Assembly: GCF_964355755.1 (NCBI RefSeq)
Contig: NC_092672.1
Span: 434,001-498,000, forward strand
Direction: 5' to 3'
Origin: Antedon mediterranea
Lineage: Eukaryota; Animalia; Echinodermata
DNA length: 64,000 nucleotides
Shown here: positions 61,902 through 64,000 of the stretch, in pieces
Numbering within the stretch: position 1 is the stretch's first letter
Layout of the letters: every line of letters starts with the position of its first letter
Position numbers and translations under genes: made by a program
Notes under the pieces: model-generated
The model's database searches: none
Told to the model about the DNA's origin: nothing
The model's input: the letters and a program-made list of their open reading frames with translations, nothing else

Positions 61902-63639
61902 TTATACTGGGTGTTGATTAATTATAATGGGTGTGAGGCCACAGAGTGAAATGCATAATTACTGTCTTCATAAAATAGAGGTCGCACTTTTTTAGGAAAC
62001 AAAATGGCGTACCGGCTTAAAATTTGAGGAAAATTTGGAACACTTGTCGGAAGAGAACGCCCACTGGTGGCGCTACGTAAAAAGAAACAAGAGTGTGAGA
62101 AGTCTATTAGTATGAGACATCGTTTTCTATGCGCCATTAGCAAGTTTGCAATGTGCCATTATACAATACATAATATATTTGAATATCATAAGATATAATG
62201 TAAATATTTAAAATTATGTTATGATTAAATAGACACTAAATATTTATTGTTCTTTTATTTTATATTATTATCTCGTACCATGTTATTTCTCTATACGAGG
62301 CAGCTTTTATTTATAACGAACTTTGGACACTCACACAAAAGCACTTGAACAAAAATAAAGAAAGGGATCTTCAACACACATAGATCTGAACACTAAAAGC
62401 CGAAACACATAAGCTACGTCTCTTCAAACGTTACACTTAACGTTCTAAACAAATTGGAATCTGCAAATTAACACAATAGAGCAGCACATTGAGACCACTA
62501 GACCCCACGTATTTTGTTTCCAGTGGCTATAACACACAAAAATACAAACACTTTCAAGCTAAGCATAATATTAAAGCTTTGCATGATCATTAAATCTCTC
62601 AACACGGTGGAGGTATACATGGTATGTGGAGCGAATCGTTATACTGCAATATCCTATACCAACTAAATTAAGGCACAACGTAAATGGTTAAACGGAAAAT
62701 ATTTGATTGACAATGTAATTTTACATAGATACTGTAAACATGACAATAATTGTGTATATTTTAATTACAAAACTATAGTTAAGGTGTGTAAAAACCTTAA
62801 ACATCTTGTTTTTTACCATGTTCTAATTATCATTGAAACTTTCAGTGGCTAAAAAAGTGAGATATTGATTAAATTTTTTTCATCATCGATGCAAATTATA
62901 ACTTGCGTAATAATACTTATAATAAAGCTTACTAGACTACTGAACTAAAGAGTTATTTAATTATATTCCTATTTGCCTATATTTCTTATTGAGTATTTTC
63001 TTAAGGGATATGGTCTTCCAATTTCTAACAAAGAAGAATATTGGTATTATTATATTTATACTGAATTCGTTAAAGATCGATATAACACACAATGTAGCCT
63101 TTTGTGCTCCATTAATTTATTTCTATCATGAACATATGGTTTGATGAATAAAAATAATAGGGTCTAGGGTAGTCCTTGAAAATAAAGGATCAAATCACAA
63201 GTCTGGTTTCAAATTATCATACACATGATAAGGTACATAATTCAGAAGGAATATTTTTGTTTGAGTCATCCACTTCTGTCCATGATTTGTAGAGGCGTTT
63301 AGAACTAAAGATTATACCCCTACATATGAATATACAGCCTATTGATTCTATCGTTCATTTATTCTATCCTTACAATTTATTCGTCATTACAGTGCCCATA
63401 TTGTCATCCGATTCTCGCATAGTAGACCTATATCTAGAGAAAATAAAGAGAGGTGTCATGATATAGGTGTGGTTGTTCATAACCATAATTTCTTTATTCT
63501 TTATTCTTTATTAAAGACAAACCAATTGGCAGCAAATCTGCTGAATTGCATGGTAAGGGACAATATACATTCAAAAGACAAGTAAAGTATAGTCATTATT
63601 AAACAAGGGTGTTGTTGTCCTAAGGGCATAGCAGTTGGA

Positions 63640-63867
63640 CTAGAGGGTAGTTTTCCTAGGGGAGGGGGGGGGGGGGATAGTTGTCCTAGGGGGTAGATTT
63701 CCGGGTGGGAGTTGTCCTAAGGGGGTAGTTGTCCTAGAGGGTAGTTGTCCTAGAGGGTAATTGTCCTAGAGGGGTAATTGTCCTAGAGGGGTAATTGTCC
63801 TAGGGGGGTAATTGTCCTAGAGGGGTAGTTGTCCTAGGGGGGTAGTTGTCCGGGTGGTCAGGATACC
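63640..63867 (-). repeat. Tandem GGACAA(C/T)TACCCC repeats (reverse complement of the 36656 family), probable transposon end
   Basis: (GGGGTARTTGTCCTAG)n ending ..GGTCAGGATACC. Confidence 0.8.
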
Positions 63868-64000
63868 TATTTATTTTACGCATGCGCTAGTGGTGTCTCG
63901 CGTTTATTTGCATTACATTGATCGAATAGGAATTGTGGATCGAGCTTAATTCACGTCACAAAAAATGGACTTCCTAATCATCATATTATTTTCACCCTGA

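Noticed and set aside
36656-63867. A single 27-kb element bounded by inverted GGACAACTACCCC arrays
   Set aside because: Terminal bases differ (GGTTCTAGG versus GGTATCCTG), no matching TSD, and the interval contains PELO; more likely two independent insertions

Overview
AT-rich eukaryotic (invertebrate animal; taxon is inference only) genomic window. Two spliced housekeeping genes are present: the 5' exons of PRPF19 (minus strand, left end) and a complete 10-exon pelota/PELO. Around them is a tandem cluster of about 11 same-strand, single-exon immunoglobulin-superfamily type I membrane genes plus several pseudogene fragments. The cluster has two ectodomain clades. Clade I contains a short-tailed gene with an Arg in its transmembrane helix (A) and long-tailed ITIM-like receptors (E1-E4). 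Clade II contains short-tailed genes B, C, D and F. Three E receptors end in a cytoplasmic C4HC3 PHD finger plus coiled coil resembling LINE ORF1. The fourth (E3) instead carries about nine 35-aa ENIYE tyrosine repeats. The layout looks like an undescribed paired-receptor or self-recognition locus evolving by duplication, conversion and tail swapping. Many mobile elements are interspersed: CR1/L2-type LINEs, a DIRS fragment, Kolobok-, Harbinger-, MULE-, hAT- and Helitron-like pieces, and a degenerate element carrying a PC4-PC4-AlkBH2 fusion. Gene letters A-F are my own labels. All calls come from reading the sequence, with no database search.
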